This document shows positions 28,579 through 38,322 of a stretch of 64,000 nucleotides of DNA, one piece after another. The position numbers were made by a program, and so were the translations under genes. Each line of letters starts with the position of its first letter. Positions within the stretch are counted from its first letter, which is position 1. A model generated the notes under the pieces. It was not told the DNA's origin, ran no database searches, and worked only from the letters and a program-made list of their open reading frames with translations. This DNA is from Fimbriimonadales bacterium (GTDB lineage: Bacteria > Armatimonadota > Fimbriimonadia > Fimbriimonadales > ATM1): assembly GCA_041744215.1 (NCBI GenBank), contig JBGTLG010000025.1, positions 32,001-96,000 of the forward strand, read 5' to 3'.

Positions 28579-29412
28579 CTATCTGATAACCCTATAGACC
28601 TCGGCGAACTCGAACCCGAACATTTGCCCTGCCGAACGCGCAAACGGCCGGTGGCGATCTGCTCGCTGACCGAGTCCCTGGCTTTTGTGCATCGAGAGAG
28701 CACGGATCTTGGTGTCAATCACTGTCGAGATATCGACCGCAGCGTTCGGTCGGCGTGTCTGCCAGAGATACATTGGCGGTCTGTCAGCTTTGATCGCGTG
28801 CCACTTGTCGAGGGTGACTCGCCCGACTCCCTGGTGATCAGTGTGGAGGTACGGGAGCGACGGATACTCTGGGTCAAAAGTCAACACAACGTTAGGCTTG
28901 ACTCGGTTCCAGATCGCACTGATGTCGGTTCGCAATTCCCTCGCGGCGGCTGCCCCTCTGTCTGGAAGGCCCAAGAAATAGATGTGGCCATACGCATTGA
29001 TCTCTGCGGCGGCAAGCTGCTCCTCGCGCCGGAGTGCGCCTAAGTCGTCGACGCCGTCGCGATTAGAGCCAGCCTCGCCGTCGGTCGCAACGACGACGTG
29101 TACTTCTGCGCCGAGGTTAGAGAGCATTCGGAGTGTTCCGCCCACATACCACTCCGCATCGTCGGGGTGCGCAACGACGGCGAGCACGCGAGTTGCCGTG
29201 AGGAGGCGCTTTCCGTTCTCGATCGCAACTGCGTTGCTGACCGTCGGCACGGTGCGCAGCGTTAACCACGCAATGACTGATAGGCACGCCAAGACCCCTG
29301 CGATCAACCAAATCGCAATCGGCCGCTTCTTCGAACTCGGTGGTTCGATTGTATTCGCGGCCTTCTCAAACGACGAAGGCCCGACGATGTCGGGCCCCAA
29401 AGATTCGTTCAT
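28579..29412 (-). CDS. PIG-L/LmbE-family deacetylase with N-terminal TM anchor
   Basis: VAHPDDAE, TDGEAG, RREEQ, HTDH, HKSQ. Confidence 0.9.
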   Translation of the reverse strand: MNESLGPDIVGPSSFEKAANTIEPPSSKKRPIAIWLIAGVLACLSVIAWLTLRTVPTVSNAVAIENGKRLLTATRVLAVVAHPDDAEWYVGGTLRMLSNLGAEVHVVVATDGEAGSNRDGVDDLGALRREEQLAAAEINAYGHIYFLGLPDRGAAAARELRTDISAIWNRVKPNVVLTFDPEYPSLPYLHTDHQGVGRVTLDKWHAIKADRPPMYLWQTRRPNAAVDISTVIDTKIRALSMHKSQGLGQRADRHRPFARSAGQMFGFEFAEVYRVIR

Positions 29413-29419
29413 CGCAGGC

Positions 29420-29614
29420 TTAGATGCCCAGCAACTTCTTCACGCGCTTCTCGTCGCCCTTTTTCAAGGTTGGCTCGTCTTCGAGTCGACGCTTCTGGCT
29501 CCCGCTCTTGTGAAGGAACATATGGTTGTTGTGCGAACGGCGACGCGTGATCTTGCCGGTGCCGGTGATCTTAAATCTCTTCGATGCTGTCTTGTTTGTC
29601 TTTAGTTTGGCCAT
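29420..29614 (-). CDS. rpmI: 50S ribosomal protein L35
   Basis: MAKLKTNKTASKRFKITGTGK..H..HKSGSQKRRL. Confidence 0.97.
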   Translation of the reverse strand: MAKLKTNKTASKRFKITGTGKITRRRSHNNHMFLHKSGSQKRRLEDEPTLKKGDEKRVKKLLGI

Positions 29615-30170
29615 CTGAACCTCCTACAGGCTTTTTGCCGGGGCTGACCACCATGGTCATCAAGTTTCCGTCCAGGCCGATCGGCTTCTCAACCTGCGCC
29701 TTCGATCCCAGTTGCTGCAAGAACCACTCGAGTTTGCCCCGTCCGATCTCTGGGTGAGTCAACTCGCGTGCCCGGTGCTGAACGACGAATCGAACCTTGT
29801 GCCCTTCATCAAGCCAGGCCAGCGATTTCTTCAGTTGAATCTGAAGGTCGCCAACGGCCGTGCCCGGACGGAACTTTATACCCTTAACGTCTTGGACTTT
29901 GCGTTTGGCTTTGCTCTCTTTCTGGAGCTTCTTCTGCTCGTACTTGTATTTGCCGAAGTCGACAATCTTGCAAACTGGCGGCTGAACTTGGGGGGCGACC
30001 ATAACCAGATCCATGCTCGCTTCCTCGGCCATTTGAAGAGCACGCCGCGTCTGTACGATCCCGACTTGTTCCCCGTTTGGCCCTATCAGCCTGACATCGG
30101 CGTAGCGCAAGCAACGCTCGTTGACGAGTGGACCCGGATCCGGCCTCTGGTCTCTCCGGCGGGCCCTAAT
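29571..30170 (-). CDS. infC: Translation initiation factor IF-3 (ATT start codon)
   Basis: VRLIGPNGEQVGI, PPVCKIVDFGKYKYE; the frame extends upstream through VNER to an ATT 7 nt after SD GAGGT. Confidence 0.95.
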   Translation of the reverse strand: MRARRRDQRPDPGPLVNERCLRYADVRLIGPNGEQVGIVQTRRALQMAEEASMDLVMVAPQVQPPVCKIVDFGKYKYEQKKLQKESKAKRKVQDVKGIKFRPGTAVGDLQIQLKKSLAWLDEGHKVRFVVQHRARELTHPEIGRGKLEWFLQQLGSKAQVEKPIGLDGNLMTMVVSPGKKPVGGSDGQTKDKQDSIEEI

Positions 30171-30308
30171 GGCGATTACCTCGATTTATCATTCGTGATT
30201 GGGTTGCTGGCAAGTATATCGGATACTGACGTGTCTATACTCGGCCGAGAGTCGGCTTTCCTCGCCATGAAGGTCTCAAATCGGTCGAATTGGGCGTAGA
30301 TTCCCGAT

Positions 30309-32369
30309 ATGAACCTCCTCGCGAATGCCTCGAGCCCGTATCTCCGGCAGCACGCAAGTAACCCTGTACATTGGCGCCCGTGGGGCGAAGAGGCGTTCGC
30401 AGCGGCGATTCAATCCGAAACGCCCGTGTTTCTCAGCGTTGGCTACAGTTCCTGCCATTGGTGCCACGTGATGGAGCACGAATCGTTTGAAGACCAAGGA
30501 ATCGCAAAGCTCCTCAATAACCACTTCGTGTCCATAAAGGTCGATCGAGAGGAGCGGCCCGATGTCGATGAAGCCTACATGCTCGCGGTCCAGCTCGCAA
30601 CAGGGCGCGGGGGATGGCCAATGAGTGTTTTCCTAACGCCAGATCGCAAACCGTTCTTTGCGGGTACGTACTTTCCACGCGAAGATCGAGGCGCGCACAG
30701 GGGCTTCAGATCGATACTTGAAGGCATCGCTTCGGCATGGCGAGACGGACGCGGAGAAATCGAGCAAGCGGCAAACGAGTTCGCCCTTGCGCTCGAACGA
30801 CACCGCTCGACGGAACCCACGGGGTCTGGTTTGTTGGACGAGAGTGTAGTTTCAAAGACGCTCGTTGCACTCGCGGAAACTTTCGATTCGGAGAACGGGG
30901 GATTCGGGACGCGTCCAAAATTTCCACCACACTCTGCGTTGCGATTGTTGTTAGCGATGCCTGATGAGCCGGTTGCAAAGCGGATCCTTCACAAGACGCT
31001 GGATGGATTGTTGCGGGGAGGAATCCACGATCACGTGGGCGGCGGTTTCCACCGATACTCGACTGATGAGAATTGGGTTTTGCCGCACTTCGAAAAGATG
31101 TTGTATGACAATGCGCTTCTCCTAAGGTGTTTTGCGCTCGCCGGGAAGCAATTCGATTCAGCTTCTTATCTGCGAGTCGCTGACCGAATTGCGCAGTGGC
31201 TACTACGGGAAATGAGGTCGGAAGACGGGCTCTTTTATTCTGCACTCGACGCAGACACGGAAGGCGAAGAGGGACTCTTCTACACCTGGGCCGAGGATGA
31301 GATAGACCAAGTTCTCGGCAACAGTAGCGGTGACTTCAAAAACGCATTCAACGTTGCACAGGAGGGCAACTATCTGGACGAAATGACGCGAAGTAGAACG
31401 GGCCGAAATGTCCTCCACACATCGACAGATAGATTGGAGCAGTTCGACGGTGATTTGGAGATTCTGCGCCAAGTTCGCGAATCGAGACCACGACCCGCAT
31501 TAGACGATAAGTCAGTCGTCGCCTGGAATGGCCTGGCGATCGGCGCACTCGCTGCAAGTGGCCACGTCGACGCGGCGACCCGCGCAGCAAACGAGATCCT
31601 AAAGCAAGGATATCCTTTCCCTCACCAGATCGTGGGAAGAGTTGCAGAAGGTAGGGCATTCGTGGATCTCGCTTACTTTGTCGAGGGGTTACTCGACCTG
31701 TCTGATGCAACCGAAGATCTCTCGTGGGCGACACGCGCCGAGGAGGTTTACGACCAGATGATCCCTGAATTCCGCGCGCCCTACGGCGGTTGGCACTTCT
31801 CTGGATCCAACCACGAAAGCTTGTTCGGCAACCACCGTCCGTGCCTGGATACAGCGACGCCGAGTCCCAATGGAATCCTCGTTCTTTGCGCCGTTCGTTT
31901 AGGGAGGCTCGACCTCGCCGCAGAGGACTTGCGATCTCTAATGGGCTGGGTAGAGCACGCGCCTCACGCTACGGAGTCGGTGGTTCTGGCTGCTAAGCGG
32001 TACTTCGAAGTCGGTGGCCAGCCCCTGACCCGGCCCACGGCAACTGTTCGGACTACCCCTGCGGTCCTCAGCTCGGGTGATACGGCAGCCCATTTTACGA
32101 TCCACATGGAAGCGCCAGCAGGATGGTCGATTTCGATTGACCAGGGCTCGTCGCGAAGTCCGCTCGCTGTCAGCGTGAGCGGACTTGGGAACCCGGTCGC
32201 GACATTCGAAGGTCGCGACGGCGGGCTCGATATTCAGATATCAGGTGAGCCGCCCGACAGCGCGACGGGCGAGGCGAGGGCCGTCGTTCAATTCCAGCTC
32301 TGCACGGAGACGGAATGCCTGCTTCCAGAAGAGCGGGATGTTCTCCTGCAGTGGAGGAGGCTGGGGTAG
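30309..32369 (+). CDS. YyaL/SPATA20-like thioredoxin-domain protein with C-terminal DsbD-N-like domain
   Basis: [42 protein letters not shown]-terminal [11 protein letters not shown]. Confidence 0.92.
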   Translation: MNLLANASSPYLRQHASNPVHWRPWGEEAFAAAIQSETPVFLSVGYSSCHWCHVMEHESFEDQGIAKLLNNHFVSIKVDREERPDVDEAYMLAVQLATGRGGWPMSVFLTPDRKPFFAGTYFPREDRGAHRGFRSILEGIASAWRDGRGEIEQAANEFALALERHRSTEPTGSGLLDESVVSKTLVALAETFDSENGGFGTRPKFPPHSALRLLLAMPDEPVAKRILHKTLDGLLRGGIHDHVGGGFHRYSTDENWVLPHFEKMLYDNALLLRCFALAGKQFDSASYLRVADRIAQWLLREMRSEDGLFYSALDADTEGEEGLFYTWAEDEIDQVLGNSSGDFKNAFNVAQEGNYLDEMTRSRTGRNVLHTSTDRLEQFDGDLEILRQVRESRPRPALDDKSVVAWNGLAIGALAASGHVDAATRAANEILKQGYPFPHQIVGRVAEGRAFVDLAYFVEGLLDLSDATEDLSWATRAEEVYDQMIPEFRAPYGGWHFSGSNHESLFGNHRPCLDTATPSPNGILVLCAVRLGRLDLAAEDLRSLMGWVEHAPHATESVVLAAKRYFEVGGQPLTRPTATVRTTPAVLSSGDTAAHFTIHMEAPAGWSISIDQGSSRSPLAVSVSGLGNPVATFEGRDGGLDIQISGEPPDSATGEARAVVQFQLCTETECLLPEERDVLLQWRRLG

Positions 32370-32393
32370 CCCGAAAGGTAGAATCCGACCTCG

Positions 32394-33656
32394 ATGCTGG
32401 AAGTTATCATGCCCAAGATGGGCGACGCGATGGAAGAGGGCACGCTGCTCGAGTGGCTCAAGAAGGACGGCGACTCGGTAAAGGCGGGAGACACCATTGG
32501 CAACATCCAGACGGACAAGGCCACCGTCGAACTGACTGCGCCCGGCAGCGGAGTCCTCGGTGGTGTCCTCATCGCTCCAGGCGAAACCGTAGGTGTAGGC
32601 ATTCCGATTGCGGCAATCCTCAAGCCGGGTGAATCGTTGCCAGAGGGCTGGGGCAACGGCGAGTCAAAACAAGCGGCCGAGGCTTCCGCCAAGCCTGATG
32701 AAAAAAGTGAATCGCGCGAGGCTCCCGCCGACGACGGCAGCTCACGGGTTCTGGTCGCAGACGGGCCGACCGCCTCAAGCAGCGAGAGGGTCGCAGCGTC
32801 GCCTCTGGCGCGACGAATCGCAGCAGAGGCGGGCCTGGATCTCAAGTCGCTGTCGGGCAGCGGACCTGGAGGGAGGATCGTCGAGCGAGACGTACGGTCT
32901 GCGGCGGAATCGGGAGCGACGCCTTCACAGGGCACTGCTTCGGTCGAACCGCTTGCGCGATTGGAAGACCGGGTGGCGACTCTTACGAACCTTCAGCGAA
33001 TCACTGCGCAACGGACGGCGCAGTCTAAGCAGACCATCCCTCACTATTACGTGACGGTCGAGATTGATTTGGAACGACTCGTCGCCTTGCGCGAGGCGAT
33101 GAACGAAGAGAATCCCGACGCGAAGCTCAGCATCAACGACTTCATCGTCAAAGCAAGCGCGCTCGCGCTTCAGGAGCAACCGCACATCAACGCTAGTTGG
33201 GACGACGGCAAACTGAGGATGCACGCCTCGGTCAACATCGGAGTTGCTGCTGCGGTGCCCGACGGGCTCACGCTTCCTGTCGTCAAAAACTGCGACCGCA
33301 AGTCGCTGCGACAGATTGCAAATGAAATCCGCGATTTGGCATCACGCGCGAAAGTGAATCGACTTACGCCCGAGGAGCTTTCCGGCAGCACATTCTCAAT
33401 CAGCAACATGGGGATGTTCGACATCGAAAACTTTTCAGCGATTATTAATCAACCCAACGGAGCCATCATTGCAGTTTCGACTGCAAAGAGAATTCCGGTG
33501 GTTGTCGATGGGGATGAAGGCGAGGAATTGGAAGTACGCACTCAGATGAAAGTTACGGGCTCCTTTGATCACCGAATCATCAACGGCGCGGAGGGCGCAG
33601 TCTTTATGGGCGTTTTGCGCAAGTTCTTAGAGTCTCCCACCCTGCTCTTGAGTTAG
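32394..33656 (+). CDS. pdhC: 2-oxoacid dehydrogenase E2 (dihydrolipoamide acyltransferase, PdhC-like)
   Basis: Lipoyl domain QTDKAT, PSBD ASPLARRIA..GSGPGGRI, catalytic DHRIING. Confidence 0.85.
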   Translation: MLEVIMPKMGDAMEEGTLLEWLKKDGDSVKAGDTIGNIQTDKATVELTAPGSGVLGGVLIAPGETVGVGIPIAAILKPGESLPEGWGNGESKQAAEASAKPDEKSESREAPADDGSSRVLVADGPTASSSERVAASPLARRIAAEAGLDLKSLSGSGPGGRIVERDVRSAAESGATPSQGTASVEPLARLEDRVATLTNLQRITAQRTAQSKQTIPHYYVTVEIDLERLVALREAMNEENPDAKLSINDFIVKASALALQEQPHINASWDDGKLRMHASVNIGVAAAVPDGLTLPVVKNCDRKSLRQIANEIRDLASRAKVNRLTPEELSGSTFSISNMGMFDIENFSAIINQPNGAIIAVSTAKRIPVVVDGDEGEELEVRTQMKVTGSFDHRIINGAEGAVFMGVLRKFLESPTLLLS

Positions 33657-33659
33657 TGT

Positions 33660-35012
33660 TTGCGGATGGACACGGAAGGGTGGCTCGCTCGACACATCGT
33701 GCGACCCGTTGCGCCTGAACTATCTCTCATAGAGCGACGCTGCGCTCTCCTGCACCAAAGTCAGTGGTGGAGGCGCTCCGAGATTGAGGAGTATCAACTG
33801 ACGCAGTTCCGCAAGCTATTCGAGCACGCAAAAGAGCATGTTCCACTTTATCAAGGGACGCTTGCGGCGACAAAGGCTCCTGATACGTTTGCGGAAATCC
33901 GCTCAGTTCCAATTCTTCAGCGAAGCGACTTCAAGGACGACCTCGATTCGATCGAATCCGTGAAGTTGCCAGTCGGTTCGCAGCGCATCACCCACGCCAC
34001 CACTTCCGGGTCGACTGGCGTTTACATCAGAGTTGCAACAACAACGCACACCGAACTCATGAGGCTTGCGTGCATGACCCGTGAGTTTGAATGGTACGAC
34101 ATGGATCCCAGTCGCTCATTCACCCTCTATCGTGACACAGCGAGAACTTTCGAGGACTCTCCGATCAAAACCCTTCCAGCATGGCCATTTGGCTCAATCG
34201 GAAATCTGGTAAAGACTGGTAGCGGTTACTGGATTGCCGCCACTGCGAAGGTTGAAGAGGTGGCGGCGCATTTCTCTCGGAAGAGACCTGAATATGTGCA
34301 ATCGATGCCGGGATTGATGACTCGCTTGCTTGATCACATGGGCACGTCACCGCCGCAATGTGAGCTTCTTCAATTCATGGGCGAAGTGCTGGATGACGAG
34401 GTACGAGCACGAATCGCATCCGCGACCGGAGCGACAATTCGAAATCTCTACGCATCGGTCGAGACTGGGAGAATTGCTTCGGAGTGCCCTCTTGGAGGAT
34501 GCCTGCACGTTCATGAGGAGAACGTACTGCTGGAGGTGATTCGCGAAGATGGCTCTGCGGCAGCGCCCGGAGAGACGGGCCTCGCGGTAGTAACACCCCT
34601 TCATTCCTACGCAACACCCTTGATACGATACGAACTTGGCGACGGGATCGAACTCTCGCCAGAGCCCTGCCCTTGCGGTCGGTCGCTGCTGAGCATTCGC
34701 AGCGTCGCCGGACGTGTACGCGAGAAATTGCGCCGCAGAGATGGCGGCTACGCGCCCGCCTATTCAGTCTTTGGAAGGATTTCGAAGATCCCGGGCATAA
34801 GCGAGTATTGCCTGGTTCAACGGCGCCCCGACGAATTCTTGCTCGAGTTTACGGGCGGCTCGCCAGTCGATAGCGATCTCGACGGGCTGAAAGCAGTGCT
34901 GGGCGAGCTGACAGGCGGCTCCGTCGAGATCACCCTGAGGCGGGTTCCCGGGTTTGAGGTTGGGCCAACGGGCAAGAAGATTCGGTTTCGCGACCTCACA
35001 TCGAGCGAATAG
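33660..35012 (+). CDS. Phenylacetate--CoA ligase-like (CapK-like) adenylate-forming protein
   Basis: TTSGSTG, YASVETG.IASECP, PLIRYELGD, CPCGR. Confidence 0.85.
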   Translation: MRMDTEGWLARHIVRPVAPELSLIERRCALLHQSQWWRRSEIEEYQLTQFRKLFEHAKEHVPLYQGTLAATKAPDTFAEIRSVPILQRSDFKDDLDSIESVKLPVGSQRITHATTSGSTGVYIRVATTTHTELMRLACMTREFEWYDMDPSRSFTLYRDTARTFEDSPIKTLPAWPFGSIGNLVKTGSGYWIAATAKVEEVAAHFSRKRPEYVQSMPGLMTRLLDHMGTSPPQCELLQFMGEVLDDEVRARIASATGATIRNLYASVETGRIASECPLGGCLHVHEENVLLEVIREDGSAAAPGETGLAVVTPLHSYATPLIRYELGDGIELSPEPCPCGRSLLSIRSVAGRVREKLRRRDGGYAPAYSVFGRISKIPGISEYCLVQRRPDEFLLEFTGGSPVDSDLDGLKAVLGELTGGSVEITLRRVPGFEVGPTGKKIRFRDLTSSE

Positions 35013-35089
35013 CATTGCTGCCCTGGCGGCGATCGGGCTCGAACGGCCGAGGCTGCGCCCAAGGCCACAACCGAGCGGGACCGTTCTCT

Positions 35090-35173
35090 GACTCACCCGG
35101 AAGGCTTTCCGACCCACCGGGGGAGTGTTCCGGCTCACCCGGAGCACTTTCCGCCTCACTGGTAGAGGTCTCT
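35090..35173 (+). repeat. Degenerate 21-bp tandem repeat, four copies
   Basis: GACTCACCCGGAAGGCTTTCC / GACCCACCGGGGGAGTGTTCC / GGCTCACCCGGAGCACTTTCC / GCCTCACTGGTAGAGGTCTCT. Confidence 0.75.
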
Positions 35174-35234
35174 TGAACGGCGCCTCAGCCGCGGACTCCG
35201 CCGCGCTTGGGCCGCCGACGGCCAAAACAAGCAG

Positions 35235-35272
35235 CGATCCCCGCTCAGGTCAGGTGACCTGAGCGGGGATCG
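35235..35272. terminator. Perfect 18-bp inverted repeat between convergent genes
   Basis: CGATCCCCGCTCAGGTCA-GG-TGACCTGAGCGGGGATCG. Confidence 0.65.
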
Positions 35273-35315
35273 ATCTGTATGACAACGGTGTCAGCGAAAG
35301 CCGGCTTTCGCTCCC

Positions 35316-35933
35316 CTACGCAGACTTGCGTCGTCTCGCTGCGAGCGCGGCGATGCCGAACCCGATTGCGAGCAGGGTGGCTGGCTCAGGGACGACTGTG
35401 ACGTGTCCCGATTCCTCTCCACCTGGACCTATTCCCTGGATGTGCAGCAACGCGAGCACTCCGCCGGGAGAGTTTACGGAGAAAGAGTTCTCGTCGATCC
35501 CGGTGCCGCTAACCGTCCAGACCGCGCTGTCGCCAGGCAAGAATCGCGAGGGGGGCGGCGCAATCACGAAATCGACCAAGAAATCGTAGGGGCCACCAAC
35601 AAGGTTAATCCCATCGTTCGCGAAGGTATGACCGGCGACCAACGGGCTGGCTGTCGAGAATGTGAGGTCATTGGGGAAGCTGTTCAGGTTCATGAACAAC
35701 TTGCTAAGGAATTGCCCTGGTGCGCCCGTCGCGTGATGGTCGAGCGTCATCTGAACCGTGTCAGCCCCCGCGTCCTCGATGGTTAGAGTTGCCCAAGGCG
35801 CCGGTCCCCCAGGGGTGAAGCCAGTCAGAACGATGGAAAAATCCATCGTCACAACAGAGTGAGCAGATGCCCCCCCAACAATGAGTGCCGCAACCGCCGC
35901 AAGGCGCGCGGAACCCGAGAGTGTTCCTTTCAT
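35316..35933 (-). CDS. PEP-CTERM sorting domain protein
   Basis: AAGGAG RBS, signal peptide, C-terminal VPEPATLLAIGFGIAALAARRRKSA. Confidence 0.92.
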   Translation of the reverse strand: MKGTLSGSARLAAVAALIVGGASAHSVVTMDFSIVLTGFTPGGPAPWATLTIEDAGADTVQMTLDHHATGAPGQFLSKLFMNLNSFPNDLTFSTASPLVAGHTFANDGINLVGGPYDFLVDFVIAPPPSRFLPGDSAVWTVSGTGIDENSFSVNSPGGVLALLHIQGIGPGGEESGHVTVVPEPATLLAIGFGIAALAARRRKSA

Positions 35934-36006
35934 TCGAATCTCCTTTAGATCAAACTGATCGTTACAATTGCAAATGCCGTGCCATCTGTGAGGCACAGAC
36001 CTGTCA

Positions 36007-36035
36007 ATTGTAGCACACCGTTCGAAACCTCGCAA
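36007..36035 (-). promoter_or_regulatory. Sigma70-type promoter for the PEP-CTERM gene
   Basis: TTGCGA-N17-TACAAT with extended TG. Confidence 0.6.
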
Positions 36036-36141
36036 TGCGTACCTTTGATGACAGTCCAGGCGCGCGAGTCTCCTGTTTGACGGGACGCCGTGGCCTTAGT
36101 GCTCATCCGCATGCTGATTCCTGGTAGATTTTCTGGCGTCA

Positions 36142-37218
36142 ATGAAAACACTCCTCGCGATTCTTCCAGCCCTGCCCTTTTTGATTGCCGGATGCGGAGG
36201 AAAGCCTGCATCGGAGGCCCCCTCCGCCGCGCCGGCAGAACAGCCGTCGGCGACTTCGGAAGTCTTCGAGGGTCCCCTGTTAGCGTACACCGATGGGGAG
36301 CTATGGGGACTCATGGACAGCAAGTTCAAGATCGTGGTTCCTGCGACGTACGACGGCATCTTGCCTTACAGCGATGGGATGGCGGCTGTCTACCAGGGCG
36401 GCAAAGTTGGGTTCTTAGATGCGAGTGGGAAGCTGGCCATTGCATGTCGGTTTGAGGACGCTGGTGATTTCTCCGAGGGCATGGCTCCCTTCATAGAAGG
36501 AGAGCGGGTCGGCTACATTGAGAAGAGCGGCACGGTCGCGATTCCTGCAAAGTTTGATATGGTCGACGATTTGATACCCTGGCGCTCGTTCAGCGGTGGT
36601 CTCGTGTGCGTCAATCAGGGTGGCAAGTATGGGTTCATCGACAAGTCAGGCGAATGGGTTATCGAGCCAAGTTTCGACGAACCTTCCGACTTCAGCGAAG
36701 GGCTTGCAGCGGTCATCCATAAAGGAAAGCCTGTGTGGATCGATCGCACCGGCGAACCTGTACTGCAAGGCGGCTTCACTCGAATCGGGGAAATGTCAGA
36801 GGCGCTGGCCGCTGCACAACAAGGCAGGAAGTGGGGCTACATCGACGGTAGCGCGAAGTTTGTGATCCAGCCGAGGTTTGATGACGCTCGACCCTTCAAA
36901 AATGGATACGCACAGATAGTCGTCGGCGGCAAGTTAGGTTACGTGGACAAGATCGGCGGCATCGTTGTTTCTCCTGCGTTTATGGCCTACGTCGATAGCG
37001 AAGAACCCGCGGCAGGCAATTTCAGCGAAGGGCTTGCTTGGGTGCGAAATGATGACGGAACGATCGGATTCATTGATACCACCGGGCGTGTCGTGATTCC
37101 ATTCAAGTACCAGGCCGCCACCGACTTTATCGACGGAATGTCGTTTGTTTACATCGACGGCATGGCAACTTACATCGACACGTCCGGGTCCGTGTTGTGG
37201 CAGCAGAAGAGCAGCTAG
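36142..37218 (+). CDS. WG (KWG Leptospira-type) repeat lipoprotein
   Basis: Lipobox IAGC; repeated K(Y/W)G(F/Y)ID..G..VI.P.F....FSEG.A units. Confidence 0.92.
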   Translation: MKTLLAILPALPFLIAGCGGKPASEAPSAAPAEQPSATSEVFEGPLLAYTDGELWGLMDSKFKIVVPATYDGILPYSDGMAAVYQGGKVGFLDASGKLAIACRFEDAGDFSEGMAPFIEGERVGYIEKSGTVAIPAKFDMVDDLIPWRSFSGGLVCVNQGGKYGFIDKSGEWVIEPSFDEPSDFSEGLAAVIHKGKPVWIDRTGEPVLQGGFTRIGEMSEALAAAQQGRKWGYIDGSAKFVIQPRFDDARPFKNGYAQIVVGGKLGYVDKIGGIVVSPAFMAYVDSEEPAAGNFSEGLAWVRNDDGTIGFIDTTGRVVIPFKYQAATDFIDGMSFVYIDGMATYIDTSGSVLWQQKSS

Positions 37219-38309
37219 ATGGCCTCGTAGCGCGTATTCCTTCGTACGGGTTCGTATCCAGCATCGCGAATGAGCCTTTCAAACTCTTCCGAATTCAGGA
37301 TGAACTTGTTTCCCGCTGCCGATACAACGTTTTCCTCGATCATGATCGACCCGAAGTCATTCGCGCCGTAACTCAGCGCGAGCTGCGCGATTTTCGGGCC
37401 TTGTGTAAGTATCGAGACCTGCAAGTTGTCAATGTTATCGAGAAAGATCCGACTGATGGCGACTGTCCGAAGATAATCGAAGCCGCTTGCCTTCCGCCCA
37501 ATCGCGAGCTGAGTCTCTTCCGGCTGAAAACTCCAGGTGATAAATGCGCGAAACGGCGCACACTCGTCTTGTAAGTCGCGGATACGCCCTAAGTGCTCGA
37601 CACGGTCGTCCAACGTTTCAACATGACCGAACATCATGCTTGCTGTTGATCGGATTCCAAGCGATGACGCAGCGCGCATACACTCGAGCCACTCGTCTGT
37701 CGTATCCTTGTAAGGAGCAATGATTTGTCTAACGCGGTCAACGAGAATCTCACCGCCGGCTCCGGGGATCGAGTGCAACCCAGCGTCTTTCAGCCTTCGC
37801 AAGCAATCTGTCAAGCTCAGCTTACTTATGTGCGAGATGTAGATAATCTCAGCCGGAGAGAGCGCGTGGAGAATAACGCCTGGGTAAGCGTCCATTATCT
37901 TTGCGAAGATGCGCTCATAATAGTCAATCTTAAGTTTCGGGTTGAGACCACCTTGAAAGAGAATCTCAACTCCGCCCTTATCGACCGTGTCTCCGACTTT
38001 TTCAAGTACTTGGTCATCGCTAAGGAGATAGCCTTCATCGTGATTGGGCACCCGATAAAACGCGCAAAACTTGCACCGAACCCAACAAACATTCGTATAG
38101 TTTAAGATTCGCCCAACGATGTAGGTAACCGTACGACCCGGCACGAGCTGTTGACGGCGGTGGTCGGCCAACGCAGCCAATTCCAACAAGTTTGGATGGT
38201 GATAAAGACGCAGCGCCTGGTCAGCGTCTATTCGTTCATTCGCAAGAACTTTGTCAGCGATCTTGTCGATTGATAGATCTCGGATGCGCTCGGGAAGTGT
38301 TGCGACCAT
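37215..38309 (-). CDS. mqnC: Cyclic dehypoxanthinyl futalosine synthase (radical SAM)
   Basis: NYTNVCWVRCKFCAFYR, QGGLNP, SIPGAGGEIL, GANDFGSIMIEENVVSAAG. Confidence 0.93.
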   Translation of the reverse strand: MVATLPERIRDLSIDKIADKVLANERIDADQALRLYHHPNLLELAALADHRRQQLVPGRTVTYIVGRILNYTNVCWVRCKFCAFYRVPNHDEGYLLSDDQVLEKVGDTVDKGGVEILFQGGLNPKLKIDYYERIFAKIMDAYPGVILHALSPAEIIYISHISKLSLTDCLRRLKDAGLHSIPGAGGEILVDRVRQIIAPYKDTTDEWLECMRAASSLGIRSTASMMFGHVETLDDRVEHLGRIRDLQDECAPFRAFITWSFQPEETQLAIGRKASGFDYLRTVAISRIFLDNIDNLQVSILTQGPKIAQLALSYGANDFGSIMIEENVVSAAGNKFILNSEEFERLIRDAGYEPVRRNTRYEAI

Positions 38310-38322
38310 CGTTACTCAGGTT

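Noticed and set aside
8771-30237. TAGACA-N13-TA.A.T short-spacer promoter class (8771 + strand, infC - strand, similar before thrS)
   Set aside because: Only three loose examples, and other promoters here have normal 17-18-bp spacers; likely chance
33560-33600. E2 catalytic motif DHRIING instead of DHRxxDG as a sign of inactivation
   Set aside because: Asn at this position occurs in active E2 enzymes such as Azotobacter vinelandii E2p
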